A DNA stretch of 64,000 nt, taken from NCBI RefSeq assembly GCF_036321535.1, contig NC_087436.1, positions 95,420,001 to 95,484,000 of the forward strand, read 5' to 3'. Position 1 is the first letter of the stretch. Each line of letters starts with the position of its first letter. The notes below the pieces were generated by a model that was given only the letters and a program-made list of their open reading frames with translations, ran no database searches and was not told where the DNA came from. Both the position numbers and the translations under genes were made by a program. Source of the stretch: Camelus dromedarius (lineage: Eukaryota). Positions 51,905-64,000 of this stretch are shown here, in pieces.

Positions 51905-52339
51905 CCATTCTGGTCATCTTGCTGCATAATAAACCACTTGAAAAGTTAGAGGCACAGCACAGCAATTCATTCATAGGTCTCATGGTGCCTTGGGTTGACA
52001 TGGCTGGAAGATCTAGGGGTGATGGGGCATTGTTGGCCATGTGACCTCTCCACATGACAGCTGGGACCTCCTTACAACATGGTCATTTCAGGGTAGCCTG
52101 ATTTTTAGTTTTACATGATGGCCAACTTCTGCCTGAGTGTTCCAAGTGTTCCAAGAGGCCAAGATGAAAGTTGCCAGTCCTGTTGAAGGCTGAGTCCAAA
52201 CCTGGCAAAGTATCACACTGCTGTTCTGTGTGGGTCACTGGCTAGTTGCAGCCCAGCTCAGACCTGAGAGGAGGGGAAATTAATCACACCTCAATGGGAA
52301 GAGTGTCAAAGAATTTGTTTCCATCTTTAACCTCTGCCA
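51905..52339 (-). mobile_element. MLT1H-like solo LTR
   Basis: ttgctgcataataaaccac..gagtgttccaag..aatgggaagagtgtcaaagaatttg..ccatctttaacc. Confidence 0.75.
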
Positions 52340-53791
52340 TCATCAAGGTGATCTCGAAGGGTGAAAGAATCGAATTAATGCCTGTAGGAGCCGAGTAGAA
52401 GGATGGCTTTTCCTTTCCACCTACTGAGCCTCAGGGGATGTCATTGTGGCTTTAATAAATTGAAGAAGGAGATAAAAAATTTGGAGATGTTTCAGAGAGA
52501 AGAGGACCCCACAGAGGTGATTTAAATGAGTGAAGTGAGATTCTGTACAAAGGGATAAAATGACGTGGGATTTATCTAGCCTGAAACAGAGAAGGCAGAG
52601 CAGTAGTTGAATAATCATGTTCAAATAAATAAGGGTTATTATGAAAAAGATGCATGGTCGTTGATAGCTGAGTATAGATGGACTGGGCTGGAAACACTAA
52701 AGAATTCCCCACCAAGAAATGGGCGTCTCTAGAACCTGAAGGAAAATCCGTTTTCTGAAGCTGTTTGAAAGAGAACACATTTCATAAGCCTATAAAAACT
52801 TAGGTTGAGTTATGCTGAAGATAAAAATGTTAGACCAGACCAGCTCTTTCTCTTTCTCTCTCTCTCTCTCTCTCTTTTTTTTTTTTTTTTTTTGGTAACA
52901 GTCATTTTTTCAAGTAAAACCTTATATAAAACAGATGAATGAAAAGTGATGTTATTTGAGTTGAAGTGGTGGCGTGGCCAAAGTGACACTTACTCTCTTC
53001 CCATCCCTTAACACCCCAGGTGGCCCCAAAGGTCACCATATGAGACACAAGGACCCCGTTAAAATTAGCTTGAAAATAACTAGAACCAAAAAAGAGCTTC
53101 CTGACTTTCTACAGAAAGCTGTGGGTGCTTGGAGACTTTTTTCAAACGGCAGTTAGGCCTTGAGGGTTTTGTGAAACTGTTGAATTCTTTTCCTGGTTCA
53201 AATTTGTGAGATGATGTTATTTCTGAACTCAAGTTCTGTTCTTTCAAGCTTTGTCAAATGGCATGCTTATATTCCCCCTTTAGTGGCACAGTTGTTACTA
53301 AGTATACCAAAGTATCAAGAAAGCAAGGGTTGAAATTTTTCATCGCTTGGTAAATTTATTTCATTTGCTTAAATAAAATTCTGGTAAATGAAATCAGTCA
53401 ATAGTTTTACTTCATTAATGGTCGATGAAATTAAGGGTTTACTTTATTAACTCTTAAGTAAAATCTTTGAGAAAAAGAGAAAATCTTATAAGTTCCTAGA
53501 ATGTTATCCCAATGTCACTGTCCTAATAGTTTCATTAGTAATCTATTTACTTTGGAATTCTTCCTACACAAAAAAAGATAAAATGTATTCTGGCACCATT
53601 TCAATACACACGTATTATTGTAACTTTTAGTGATAAAGTTTACATAAAATTTAAAAATATATAAAGATTTCATGGTTGATACGACTCATAGTTTCAAGAT
53701 GGTGAATTGAGCACCTGCCTCTCATACCAAAGTGATGCAACTGGTAGAAACTATTTTGAAAAACATACACGACTGCATTGAAAATCAAGTA

Positions 53792-54286
53792 CAGACAGTC
53801 CCTGACTCCCGATGGTTCAACTTATGATTTTTTTGACTTTACTATGGTGTTAAAGTGATAAAGCATTCAGTAGAAACTGTACTTTGAATTTTGAAGTTTG
53901 ATCTTTCCCTGGGTAGTACCTGATATGATGCTCTTTCGTGATGCTGGGCAGGGAGCTGCAGGTCCCAACCAGCCACGTGATCACAGAGGAAAAAAACTGA
54001 TATGCTTACAACCATTCTATACCTGGACAACCATTCTGTTGTCCACTTTCAGTACAGTAGTCAATAAATTACATGAGATTTGTAATACTTCATTATCAAA
54101 TAAGTTTTGTGTTAGGTGATTTATCCAACTGTAGGCTAATAGAAGCGTTCTGAGTGTGATCAAAGTAGGCTAGGCTAAGCCAGGGTGTTCTGTAGGTTAG
54201 GTGTATTAACTGCATTTTCAGCTTCATATTTTCAACTTATGATGGGCTTATTGGGACGTAACCCCATCGTAAGTTGAGAAGTTTTG
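53792..54286 (-). mobile_element. MER47/Tigger5-family TcMar element
   Basis: cagacagtccctgactcccgatggttcaactt .. gggacgtaaccccatcgtaagttgag; flanked by TA at both ends (53790-53791, 54287-54288). Confidence 0.88.
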
Positions 54287-54379
54287 TATAATCAAATTAG
54301 ATTTTTAAAAATCCAGCCATGTGTTTTAAAAGAAATATCTTAAAGCAAAATAACAGAGAAACATTGAAAATACAGAAAT

Positions 54380-55468
54380 GAAGCAGCTACTATGGAAAAC
54401 AGTATGGAGGTTTTTCAGAAAATTAGTAATGGAATTACCTTCTGATCTAGCAATACCACTCCTGGTGGTATCATCCAAAGAAAATGAAAAACTAAATAGA
54501 AAAGATATATGCACCCCTATGTTCACTGTAGCATTATTTACAATAGCCAAGATATGAAAGCAACCTAACTGTCCATCAATAAATGAATGGATAAAGAAGA
54601 TGTGGTGCGTATATTCAATGGAATATTACCCGACCATGGAAAAGAATGAAACCTTGCCATTTGTGGGTGGACCTAGAGGGTATTTTGCTAGGTGAAATAA
54701 GCTATACAGAGAAAGGTGAATACTGTATTACTTTACTTATATGTGGAGTAAAAAAGCACAGATGAACAAATATAATAAAATATAAATAAAGTTATACATA
54801 CAGAGAACAAACAAGTGGCTGCCAGAGTGGAGGGGGTTAGGGGGAGGAAAGAAGTAAATGAGGGAGACTAAGGTACAAAATTTCAGTTGCAAAATAAATA
54901 ATTAATTGGTATGAAATGTACAGTGTGGGGAATATGGTCAATAACTATAATATCTTTGTATGGTGACAGATCAGAACTAGATTTATCATAGTGATCAGTT
55001 TGAAATGCATAGAAATATGAAATCACTATGGTGTATAGCAGGAACTAACATAGTGTTATAGGTCAGTTATATTTCAAAAACAAACAGACTCATAGAAAAA
55101 GAGATCACATTTCTGGATACCAGAGGCGGGGGTGGGGGAAAGGGAAATTGGATAAATGTGGATGAAAGGTACAAACTTCCAGTTATAAGATAGATAAGTA
55201 TTGAGGATGTAATGTGCAACATGATGAATATAATTAACACGGCTGTACATTGTATATGAATATTGTTAAGAGAGTTCATCCTAATTCTCGTCACAAGGAG
55301 AAAAATATTTTCTTGTCTCTTTAATTTTGCATCTACAAGAGATGGTAGAGGTTAATTCAACTTATTGTGATAATCACTTCATGCTATATGAAAGTCAAAT
55401 CATTAGGCTGTATACCTTAGACTTACACAGTGCAATAATTTTATCTCAATAAAACTGGAAGGAAAAAA
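54380..55468 (+). mobile_element. L1 ORF2 end plus long, internally reiterated 3' UTR
   Basis: ctatggaaaacagtatggagg..acaatagccaagatatgaaagcaacc..; second UTR-like unit from actcatagaaaaagagatcac; ends ctcaataaaactggaaggaaaaaa. Confidence 0.85.
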
Positions 55469-56510
55469 GGTAATCATAAAGCTAAACAAACCCCAAAAAA
55501 CCCACAGGAATGAAACAAAACAAATCAAAACAAAGCCCTAACTTAATCTCTGTGCTCTACTCTAGACATGCATTCTCTTGTGATTTTTTTTTCCTTCTTT
55601 GTCTTTTCTTGTATTTCTCTCTAAAGAATAAGGAAACTTTGCCCAGAAACTTGCCAGCAGATAACTCTTTACATCCCATTGGCAGATGCCCACTCCTGAA
55701 CCAATCAGATTACCCTTAGCCCAAACATACCGCCCCAGGAGTTGAGAGTAGGGTCAGCTGCCCCCAGGGACATTGCTGTGTGGGAAACCGTAGGCACAAA
55801 TCTGGGTTTTCCTTGGAAGGAAAAGTGGGTGGAGGGGGGCTGCTGCTGAGAAGATAATCAACAGTCTCTATTAAAGGTAATTTCTATTAGTCCTTTGTAG
55901 CTCAATAACTCACTCATTTGAGTGCCTGTTATGTTGGGCACACAAATGAAATTTTCCAGGAAGTGTATATAATTTAACTTTGAGGAGAAGAATCTGGGCT
56001 GGAGATACAGATCTGGCTAGAGATAGAGATCTGAGTATTGCCAACACATAGATTATTATTATTTTAAGTCTAGGGGATGGAGAGAATTCCCACAGGAGAC
56101 AGTATACAGGTTTGAGAGAACACGGTCTTTGGTAAATTTCATGTTTCCCTCTTCAGTGTTATTTGATAAATGTTTTACGGTTTTAAAAACAAAACTATAA
56201 CTATACTAGTATCCTTAATTGTTAATAATAAAATAGCCACACATTCGTTCATTCATTCAATTTGTTTATTAGTTTATTTTCTTTATTTTAAGCATAATGA
56301 ATAATCTTGTTCTTCACCAGTCCAAGATGTTGAAGGGTCCAATAATCAAACCTTCACAAGAACAACCTAAAATTGTCCCTGGCTAAAGACAAGGGGTGGA
56401 ATAATCTTGCACCAGTGATGGTGCACAAAATGTGCCCTGATACAAGTAGCCTAGTGACTTTGCCTTGGATGTATCTTACACTCATTAGCCTAAAGAGATG
56501 CCTCCTCAGT

Positions 56511-56909
56511 GTGTGTTAGTTGGGCTAGTCTAACAAGCCCCATAGCTCAGGGGCTGAATACAACAGAGGTTCATTTCATGTTTGCCTTGTAGTCCAACTT
56601 GAATTGGCAGGATCGGTGCTTTTCATCCAGCAGCTCCACTATGCCCTTGAGACCCAGAGTCTACCACTGAATCCTCAGCATTTGGCTAGGAGATGAGTAA
56701 AGAGAGAAAGAGCATAGAGAATTGCATGGGAGGCCTTACAGCCAAGCCTTGGTGTGCTGAACAGATCTTCTGATCCACATTCCATTGACTGGAACTTAGT
56801 CACATGGTCACAGCTAACTGCAAGGAAGTCTGGGAAATGTAGTCTAGCTGTGTGCCAGGAAGAAGAGGAAAATGGGTTTGGTGAATATCTGGCTAGTCTT
56901 TGACTTACA
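56511..56909 (-). mobile_element. MLT1J-like solo LTR
   Basis: cacattccattgactggaacttagtcacatgg..aactgcaaggaagtctgggaaatgtagtctagctgtgtgcc. Confidence 0.8.
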
Positions 56910-59900
56910 ATGAATTGAGTGAAACACTTCCATCATGTAAAAATTTGATATTTTATTTGGTATGTTTAGTATTTCTCTCCAATATCTTGTTCCCATTCAT
57001 AAGGAACTTTCTTATGTTATCTCCTTCCTCACTGATTACAACTTGAGCATCATTAGTATTTCATGTTTCTAATTCTTCAGGATCCTCCCAATTTTGCTTT
57101 TGCTATTTCCTGTTATTCCATTCTTTCTTCAAAGTTCTCTGCCTTCCTTCCATTTTGCAGACTAGCATTGCAGTCAGAATTCATTGGATCTTCAGTAGAA
57201 TTTTTTCTGCATTTCTTACAGTTTCTAACATATGGATCAGCTATTTTTATGCATCTTAAAACTTTTAAACTTTGCAGTAAGTGAGCATTCAAAAATACAG
57301 TACCTGATTTAATTAAATAAAACTTCGGAAATGCATACAACTCTTAGAAACACCTTAATGTACCATATTAAGATCAAAGCAGGTAACTTGTATTTGACAT
57401 TATGAGTTGTGAAAATCACAAGCTTAATTTTAAAAAGATTAAATAAATACATGCTCAGAAACAATAATTCTTGAGAAACAACCCTTATGTAACCAATCAA
57501 CTGTCATTCTTAACGTTTAAAAATTAACAAGCATGGTTTTCATGTAATCCTGACAAGATTAAGTAAAAACCACACCCAGCTGAACCTTGGGGAAACATCC
57601 TTGAACATTTCAGATATATTGGTAATATTTTTTTCCATTGTTGTCATTACCATCAAGATCAATGAGGTGCTTAGGGACACAGTAAGCCATAGCTGTTGCA
57701 ATTCTTGTGCCCTTATAGCCCCCAGAGACAAACCCCAGCAGTGGTGGCCCGCTTAGTCCCCGGGAGTGACAAGTCCTAACAAGGGCGCCTCGCAGAGCGC
57801 TCTGTAGGTCCCTGCCTGAGGACAAATCGGTAGCTTGATCAGGTGGGGCCGGGGCCAAGCCTGCCCTGGGGTGGGGCTGGGCTGGGGCCAGGCTGGGGCT
57901 GGGCCTGGGTGTGACAGTCTCTTAAGTGCCCGGCTTTCATTGGCTTGGCTATACTCAACTCAATTATGCTGGCGAGGTGACTCGACTTTAAGCCAAGGAA
58001 AGCAGTTTGAGAACCATAAACAGGGCACCTGGTAATTAGCTGCCACGTTACAAGAGTGGGCCTTGGGTCATCAGTTACTATTTTGCATTTTATAAGAGAG
58101 GACCTACTGACTCAGGGACAGCAGAGAGTGGTGTCTGCGTCTCTCCTGTGGCAGACTGAGTGTTGCAGTGTCAGGGTCTGCTGAGATCGTGACCCTCGTC
58201 TGCCCAAGACTTGGTCAACATTTTACTACACACACCATGTCACACAAATGGTGTATAATATCTTAGGGGTTTTTTTTTTTTTTTCATTTGTTTAAATGAC
58301 CTGTTTTATGGCTTACTCTGAAGCCAGAATTAGATTCTTAAGTGCTGTATTGAAAGAGTTCTAGGCAGAATTCAATTTAATCTGGCCATGTGATTATCTG
58401 CTGGATCTAAGTACATCTTCCTCACATTGTTCTTGCTTCAGTGGGATAATTAATTAGTAATGCCGCTAGATGTTTGTGGGAAAACAAGGTTTGGGGGTGG
58501 GGTGGGTGAGGGGGTGGTGGTGGGGATCCTGTGCCAAACAAATGCCCAAAGTGAAAAAGATTTCATTTTATAACCTGTCTCTTGGGAAATGTAAACTTTG
58601 TTTTAAGGTAGCCAAGTTTCCTGGGGCAAATAGGATATTAAGGGAACCAGATGGAGATGTTAGCAAACAGTTTAACCTTGAGTGCCAATCCCTGGGGGAG
58701 CGGGGATACCCTCATGTGCAGGGAGGTTGGTCTTGAACAGGGTTTCCTTGTGCTGTTTCTTTCTGGATGGAGTCTGCCTGCTCTGACTCTTGATTATGCA
58801 ACCCAGTCCTTCAGCTCCCATTAAATAGATCTTTGCTAAAAATAAGCAAAAATACACATCACTCTCGGTTGAAAAGGGAGAGAGGAGTAGGAAAAATGGG
58901 TTGGGTTTCAAGGAACTTCAGCCACTCTCAATGCTGTCAGAAAGCATCTTTAAGCAAAGTGCCATGAACATGGATGTAAATCAAGCAGGGCCACAGGATC
59001 GCACGTCTGACTTGAAAGGTGCATGATCTACGTGACCCAGCTTGGTGGAACAACATTCAGAGGAGAAGACGCACCAGAAGGCTGAGTGATTAAGTGGGAT
59101 ACGGGGTAGCTAGAGTTCAGCTGCTCCAGGAAATTCTGAGTTTTTTCTTTTGGGGGGCCAGAGGGGTGGAGTTGGGGGGATCATGAATCAGGGCTTGGCT
59201 GGGCTGGCTCTGAGTCACTTATCTTCTGTAGATAGTGCCCTCGGTGCCCGGGGACAGGGAAGCTACATCACCAGAATTTCCGACAGTCAGTAACAGGGTA
59301 TTAACTGGTTGTTTTTCCTTTAACACCAGTTAAGTTTCACTTGGATGTTTTAGTTTGGAAATCTTTGAAATGTCTACTGTTTTAGCGTCACTGAGGTAGT
59401 ATTTAGCAGTTGAAGTGCTTGCTAAAGAAACTGGCTCTACTTATGTCTAAAAAGCTTTACCGTGCCTTTTAAAACGTCCTCACCAAGTCACTGGCGATTG
59501 TATCAGAACTAAGTATGTCATCCACATGAATATCCTTAGAGTCTCACCGTGAATGATGTGATTAACAAGCGTAATGCGTGGCCACCTGGCACACGGGGAG
59601 CTTCCTCAGCCTGACTCCTCAGGTAACTTCCTGGGAGGGACCAGCGTAAACATCTTCTAAAATAGCCTCGGTCTTGCGTAAGAATTTTCACTGGCAAAGG
59701 GGATGCGACTGAGAATACTGCAGACCTTTAGCCCGACTACGAGGGAAAGCTGAGGACTGTAAAATTTTCTTTTGCTTGGATTTTTTATTTGTGATGGACT
59801 GAGGTAAATTTATCCCTTGAGAGAAGACCTTAGGAGTTGGCTGAATCAGTTTTTCTGGCTAGCCCATCCCTCTCTTCCTCCGCCCACAGAGGAAGAGGGG

Positions 59901-60509
59901 GTGGTTGGGGGTTGTAGGGGGAGAGGGTCACAATAGCTGTCACCATTTTCTCTACCCTCTGGGCTCACTCTGACCTCTCAGCCATCTTGATGCAGAATAA
60001 GGCAAATCTCAATCTGCTGTAAAAATCTGTCAAAAGAGGCTTTACTTAGCCAATGAAGATAAACACTCCAACCTCTCCCCAACTCTCTAGAACAGAAAGA
60101 AAATGCAAACCGTGAAGATGGTCACGTTTCCTGGGGCCAGATCCTATATGCTGACCTGACCACGTCTGGTCAGAGCTTGGCTCACCTGGCCTCCTTTACA
60201 GGGTCTGTCCCCACAGCTCCACCCACCCCATTCCCTTTTCCTACAAAATCCTGCTCACTCTGAATGTAAGGTCAAAAGCTTTGGCTCCCATTACAGTAGA
60301 TTTACAATAAAAACAGCAACAACAGCAACAAAACGTTTGAACCAGCAGTAACAATATGAGGTAATAAAGAAGAGTCACTTCTCACAGAGCCTTCTCTGAG
60401 ACAGAGAAGTCAAAGTCACCAGTGTTTGCCCTTTTGTATAATCTAGCACAAATTTTCTGGTCTTATCATATTCTGTTAAAGATCTCTTGGTGAAAGTATA
60501 ACCTTACGT

Positions 60510-60780
60510 ATTTAAAGCAGACGTTTACCAGGCTCTCACCGTGTCCTGGGTACCCTTCTGGGCACTCTACCCATTTCCTCACTTGATTTTCACGTATCCC
60601 TCTGGGACCTGCAAGATCCAACGTGTGTTGGTTTTGCCATTTTATAGATGAGCAAACAGAGGCATACAGTGGTGGGGGAACTTGTCCAGAGTCACCAGGG
60701 CTGATCCATTGTAGAGTTAAGTTTTGAACCAGATCTGTGAGGCTCCAGGTCTATCTGAGTTTGCACTCTTCTTACTACAA
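60510..60780 (-). mobile_element. MIR SINE
   Basis: ccattttatagatgagcaaacagaggc..aacttgtccagagtcac..tttgaaccagatctg. Confidence 0.75.
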
Positions 60781-60949
60781 GATGACGCCATAGTCTCATG
60801 AGGTGATATTGTCCATTGAGGGCCATGGAGCTTAAAGTCCAGAACTCACCAAATGGAGGAGGCTGCTGCAGGGCATGACTTGCATCCCTGACTTTTGTTC
60901 CTTGGTTCTTCACACACACACACCCGTCCACCAACTCAGAGGTCTCAGT

Positions 60950-61050
60950 GAGACCAGCTACATAATTTGGCCCAGTGCAAAATGAAAATATAGGGCTCCT
61001 TGTTCAAAAATTATTACAAATTTCAAAATGGTGACCATGAAGCTGGCTCC
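60950..61050 (-). mobile_element. MER91A, internally deleted
   Basis: accagctacataatttggcccagtgcaaaatgaaaat..ccttgttcaaaaattatt..ccatgaagctggc. Confidence 0.75.
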
Positions 61051-62269
61051 TCATCTAGCCCTGATTTAAGCTGGCTATTCCTAGCATTCTGTCTCCAGAA
61101 CTCTCTAAACCCCCTCTGGGAGGCCTTGCAGAAGAATGACTCCAGGAAGGAGATGTCTAGATCTTGACATTGCTGAGCTGGCATTGGTTGTATTTTCTTG
61201 TGGCCCAGGTCAACGGAGCTAGTTCACATTGTCATAATCACCGTGGCAGCAAAGTGATGCCATGCACATTTTAAACTTGAACAGTTCATTTAGTTTTTAC
61301 TTGTTCTAAGTAAATAGTTGACTAGTTGACAATGGCTAGGTCAGTGGATTCTGCAGCTGAAATGGTCCAACCTGATGGCTCCCAAAATAGCCAAAAACAA
61401 ACAAACAAAAACCACATCCATTTATTTTATTCAGTTCATTCAAAACAGCTTTGTTTGCATGAGAAGGAACACTTCTGAGGCAGCACCCTGGCTGAGTCCT
61501 CCAGCAGGGGCCAGAGGGTGGTTTAAGTAAGGCAGAGTCATTTTCCCATTCAATACCCTAGACAAGAACCAGATTCACCCCAGGAAGACCTCTTTGGCCA
61601 AGACTGGACCTGGAAGGATGTGGGCCCCACCAGGTAAGCTGTGCTTCAGGACAGCCTCCAGGCCCAGCAGGCAGCTGGGCCAGAATCTCCCTGGGCTGGG
61701 CAAACTGGTCAGGGGAGGTTTCCGAAGGCCTGAAGAGACAGGCAGGAAGGCAGGTGCCGCCCATGGTCAGGGTGGAGACCCCTAAGGGACTCAGGAAACC
61801 AGGGCAGGACCTGGGTGCGGTCAAAGCCGCAGGTGAAGATCCGTGGGCCTGCAGCTATTAATAATATTTCACACTGATGGAGCAGTTAGCGTGTGCCAAG
61901 CACAGTTCTCTAAGCATTTGAAACACAGTAACTAACTTAGCCGTTCTCGAACTTTTAAGCCTATAGCAGAATCATGGCTGTTAAAAAATGGGCCCCACTT
62001 TGGGAGATTCTGATTCAGTAGCTCTTTCTCTCCTCTTTTCTTCCTTCAGCCCATCCATTCCCCATGTCCTGTTTGGGTCCCTCCCTCTCTGGGGTCTCTC
62101 CCCTGCCCTGCTCCCTCTGAGGGATCTCTCCTCTGAGACCTTCTCCCTCTGAGCGTACTGGTTAAGGGCACATACCGATCTGGGTTTGAATCCTGGATCT
62201 ATTCCTTATCTGCTCTGTAACTGTGTATAAAATATTTATGGCTTCACTTCCAAAAAACAAATACAAACA

Positions 62270-62392
62270 GCAAATTATTAAGGATTTCAAGACAGCGACT
62301 GCAGAAAGTTCAACCCCAACCAAGCAAGGTGCCCTTCTGAGCACGAGGCCCTGAGCAACCGCACCGGTCAAACCCCCATGAAGCTGGCCCTG
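62270..62392 (-). mobile_element. MER91A fragment
   Basis: aattattaaggatttcaagacagcgac..gcccttctgagcacg..cccatgaagctggccctg. Confidence 0.8.
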
Positions 62393-63299
62393 GCTGCGAA
62401 GGAGAGAACTTACCACCGCTCAGAGTCAGAGAAGACAGTTTGGGTGTGAGCTGGGGGACCAGGGAGGGGTTCTGAGAGAGATTAGGACTCTCATGAGATT
62501 GGGAAATCTTGCCGACCTAAATCTACTTGGGAGGAAAACTCTGACTCTTTTAGTGTAGCATTCAGCCCAGGTGGGCAGGGGAAAGGAGCACAATGTGGAA
62601 GTTCACCTCGTAAGCCGCGCTACCTGTCTCAGTTTAGGTAAGTGTGGTTTAGCAGAATATACTCAGCTCATCCAATTTTAGTCTTCTGGGAAGCTATTTT
62701 TGTGTTTCCTTTCTTAGTTTCATTAGTAAAAATTTCTTTAGAGTGCCGCCAACCTTGATCTGGCTAAGCAAAGAGGATGAGGAGTTTTTCCACACTGAGT
62801 TGGACAGACAGGCCTCAGTGTCTCCCTAGAGGCCAAGTGCAGGGGAAGCCTGGGACTGTCTCAGCCCTAGAAGGGGAGGATCGGCATGGCTAGATGGGGT
62901 GGGGTGTGGGAACCCCAGAGGCTGGGGATGTGTTCTGTCGTGGGTACTGCTCTCGCTGGCCTGGACTACTTGCTCTCGATGGCACGTCATTATGTCCAAG
63001 GGGGAACTGTTCACAGAATGAGGAGGATTTACAGTCTTCTCAAGCAGACTACACATGGGCATGCATTTTCCTTCCCAGAAGTCATTTCCAGGGCTGTGCA
63101 CACACTTTGATGATCCCGAAGGACAGTGCTGTGGAGGAGAAAGAGCTTGGACCTTTAAAGGAGCCAGAGCTGGGATAGAATTGTGGCCCTGCTGCGTTTG
63201 CAATCCCTCCCTTCCTCTCTCCCTTCTTTTCTTCCTTCCTTCCGTCCCTCCTTTCCTTGTCACTCCTTCTCTTTCTCCCTCTCTCCTCCCTCTTCTCAT

Positions 63300-63530
63300 T
63301 CTGTCAATTCATTCACGAAATATTTCTTGAGTTTTTATGCTGGTCTGTACTGGGTGCTGGGAATGCAGCGGTAACGAAGGCAGACACACAATCCCTTCTC
63401 TGATGGAGCCTACGGTAGAGAGGGCACTGGACAATGATTATAGTTGGCAGTTGGGGTGTAACCACAGGCAACCAACCCAGTGCTGCGGGAGGACATAGCA
63501 AGGGAATTCAACCAGCGTGAGGGTTGTGGA
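63300..63530 (-). mobile_element. L2 3' end
   Basis: attcattcacgaaatatttcttgag..ctgggtgctgggaatgcagcggtaacgaaggcagacac..tgatggagc. Confidence 0.75.
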
Positions 63531-63699
63531 CAAGGTGCTCCTTGCTTCATGGTCCTCTACTCTAAATTGTGAGAATCAGAGAGAATGTATGTAAAATGTC
63601 TAGCACTCGGCTTGGTCCACAATGACACTATGACTGCTCAAACCAGCTTGGTGAGTCTTCTAGGGGAACTGTCACCAGAGTCAGTTTCAAGCTCCACTG

Positions 63700-63920
63700 A
63701 CGGTCATTTCTTTATTATCCTGCCTCATCTTTGCTTGTCCTAATTATATTTTCACCCTGGTGGATCTCACTGCCTCTCTGAGCCCAGGGTTCCCTGGAGG
63801 GCAGGGGCAGCAGTTACCCTCTTTGAGTCTCCAGAACACCTACAACAATGACCAGCACGTAGTAGCTACTCAGTAAATGTTGCTGCCTTAAAAAGAGCTG
63901 AATAATAAAAATGAAAATGA
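63700..63920 (+). mobile_element. L2 3' end
   Basis: ttccctggagggcagggg..tctttgagtctccag..cacgtagtag..ctcagtaaatgttg. Confidence 0.65.
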
Positions 63921-64000
63921 ATCCCAGAGAAAGGACACCAGGCAATCCAGAGAGTGAGAAAGTTTTACAGAAAGAAATTGGAATCTATACAGCTGTTCTG

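Noticed and set aside
57845..57909. Immunoglobulin switch-like GGGCT repeats
   Set aside because: Only about 65 bp with no Ig exons nearby; switch regions are kilobases long

Overview
Mammalian genomic DNA, not microbial. The only young SINE is a tRNA-Ala(AGC)-derived element with a CCTAATTAC-type tail (two copies). I saw no Alu, B1, Bov-A, PRE1 or Can-SINE, which points to a camelid (inference, vic-1-like SINE). The window is intergenic or intronic. I recognise no protein-coding gene, and the longest ORFs (37.5-38.3 kb) are microsatellite artefacts. It is a layered repeat landscape of L1, L2, MIR, MLT1 solo LTRs and hAT/Tigger relics, several with legible target-site duplications (TSDs), alternating with unique blocks that carry enhancer- or promoter-like motif clusters and candidate exons. 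The most unusual item is a composite SINE at 46669-47036 carrying a ~185-bp LTR-like dimeric insert inside one TSD. I found no convincing new multi-gene system. Family names come from remembered consensus sequences, and boundaries are approximate unless a TSD is quoted.
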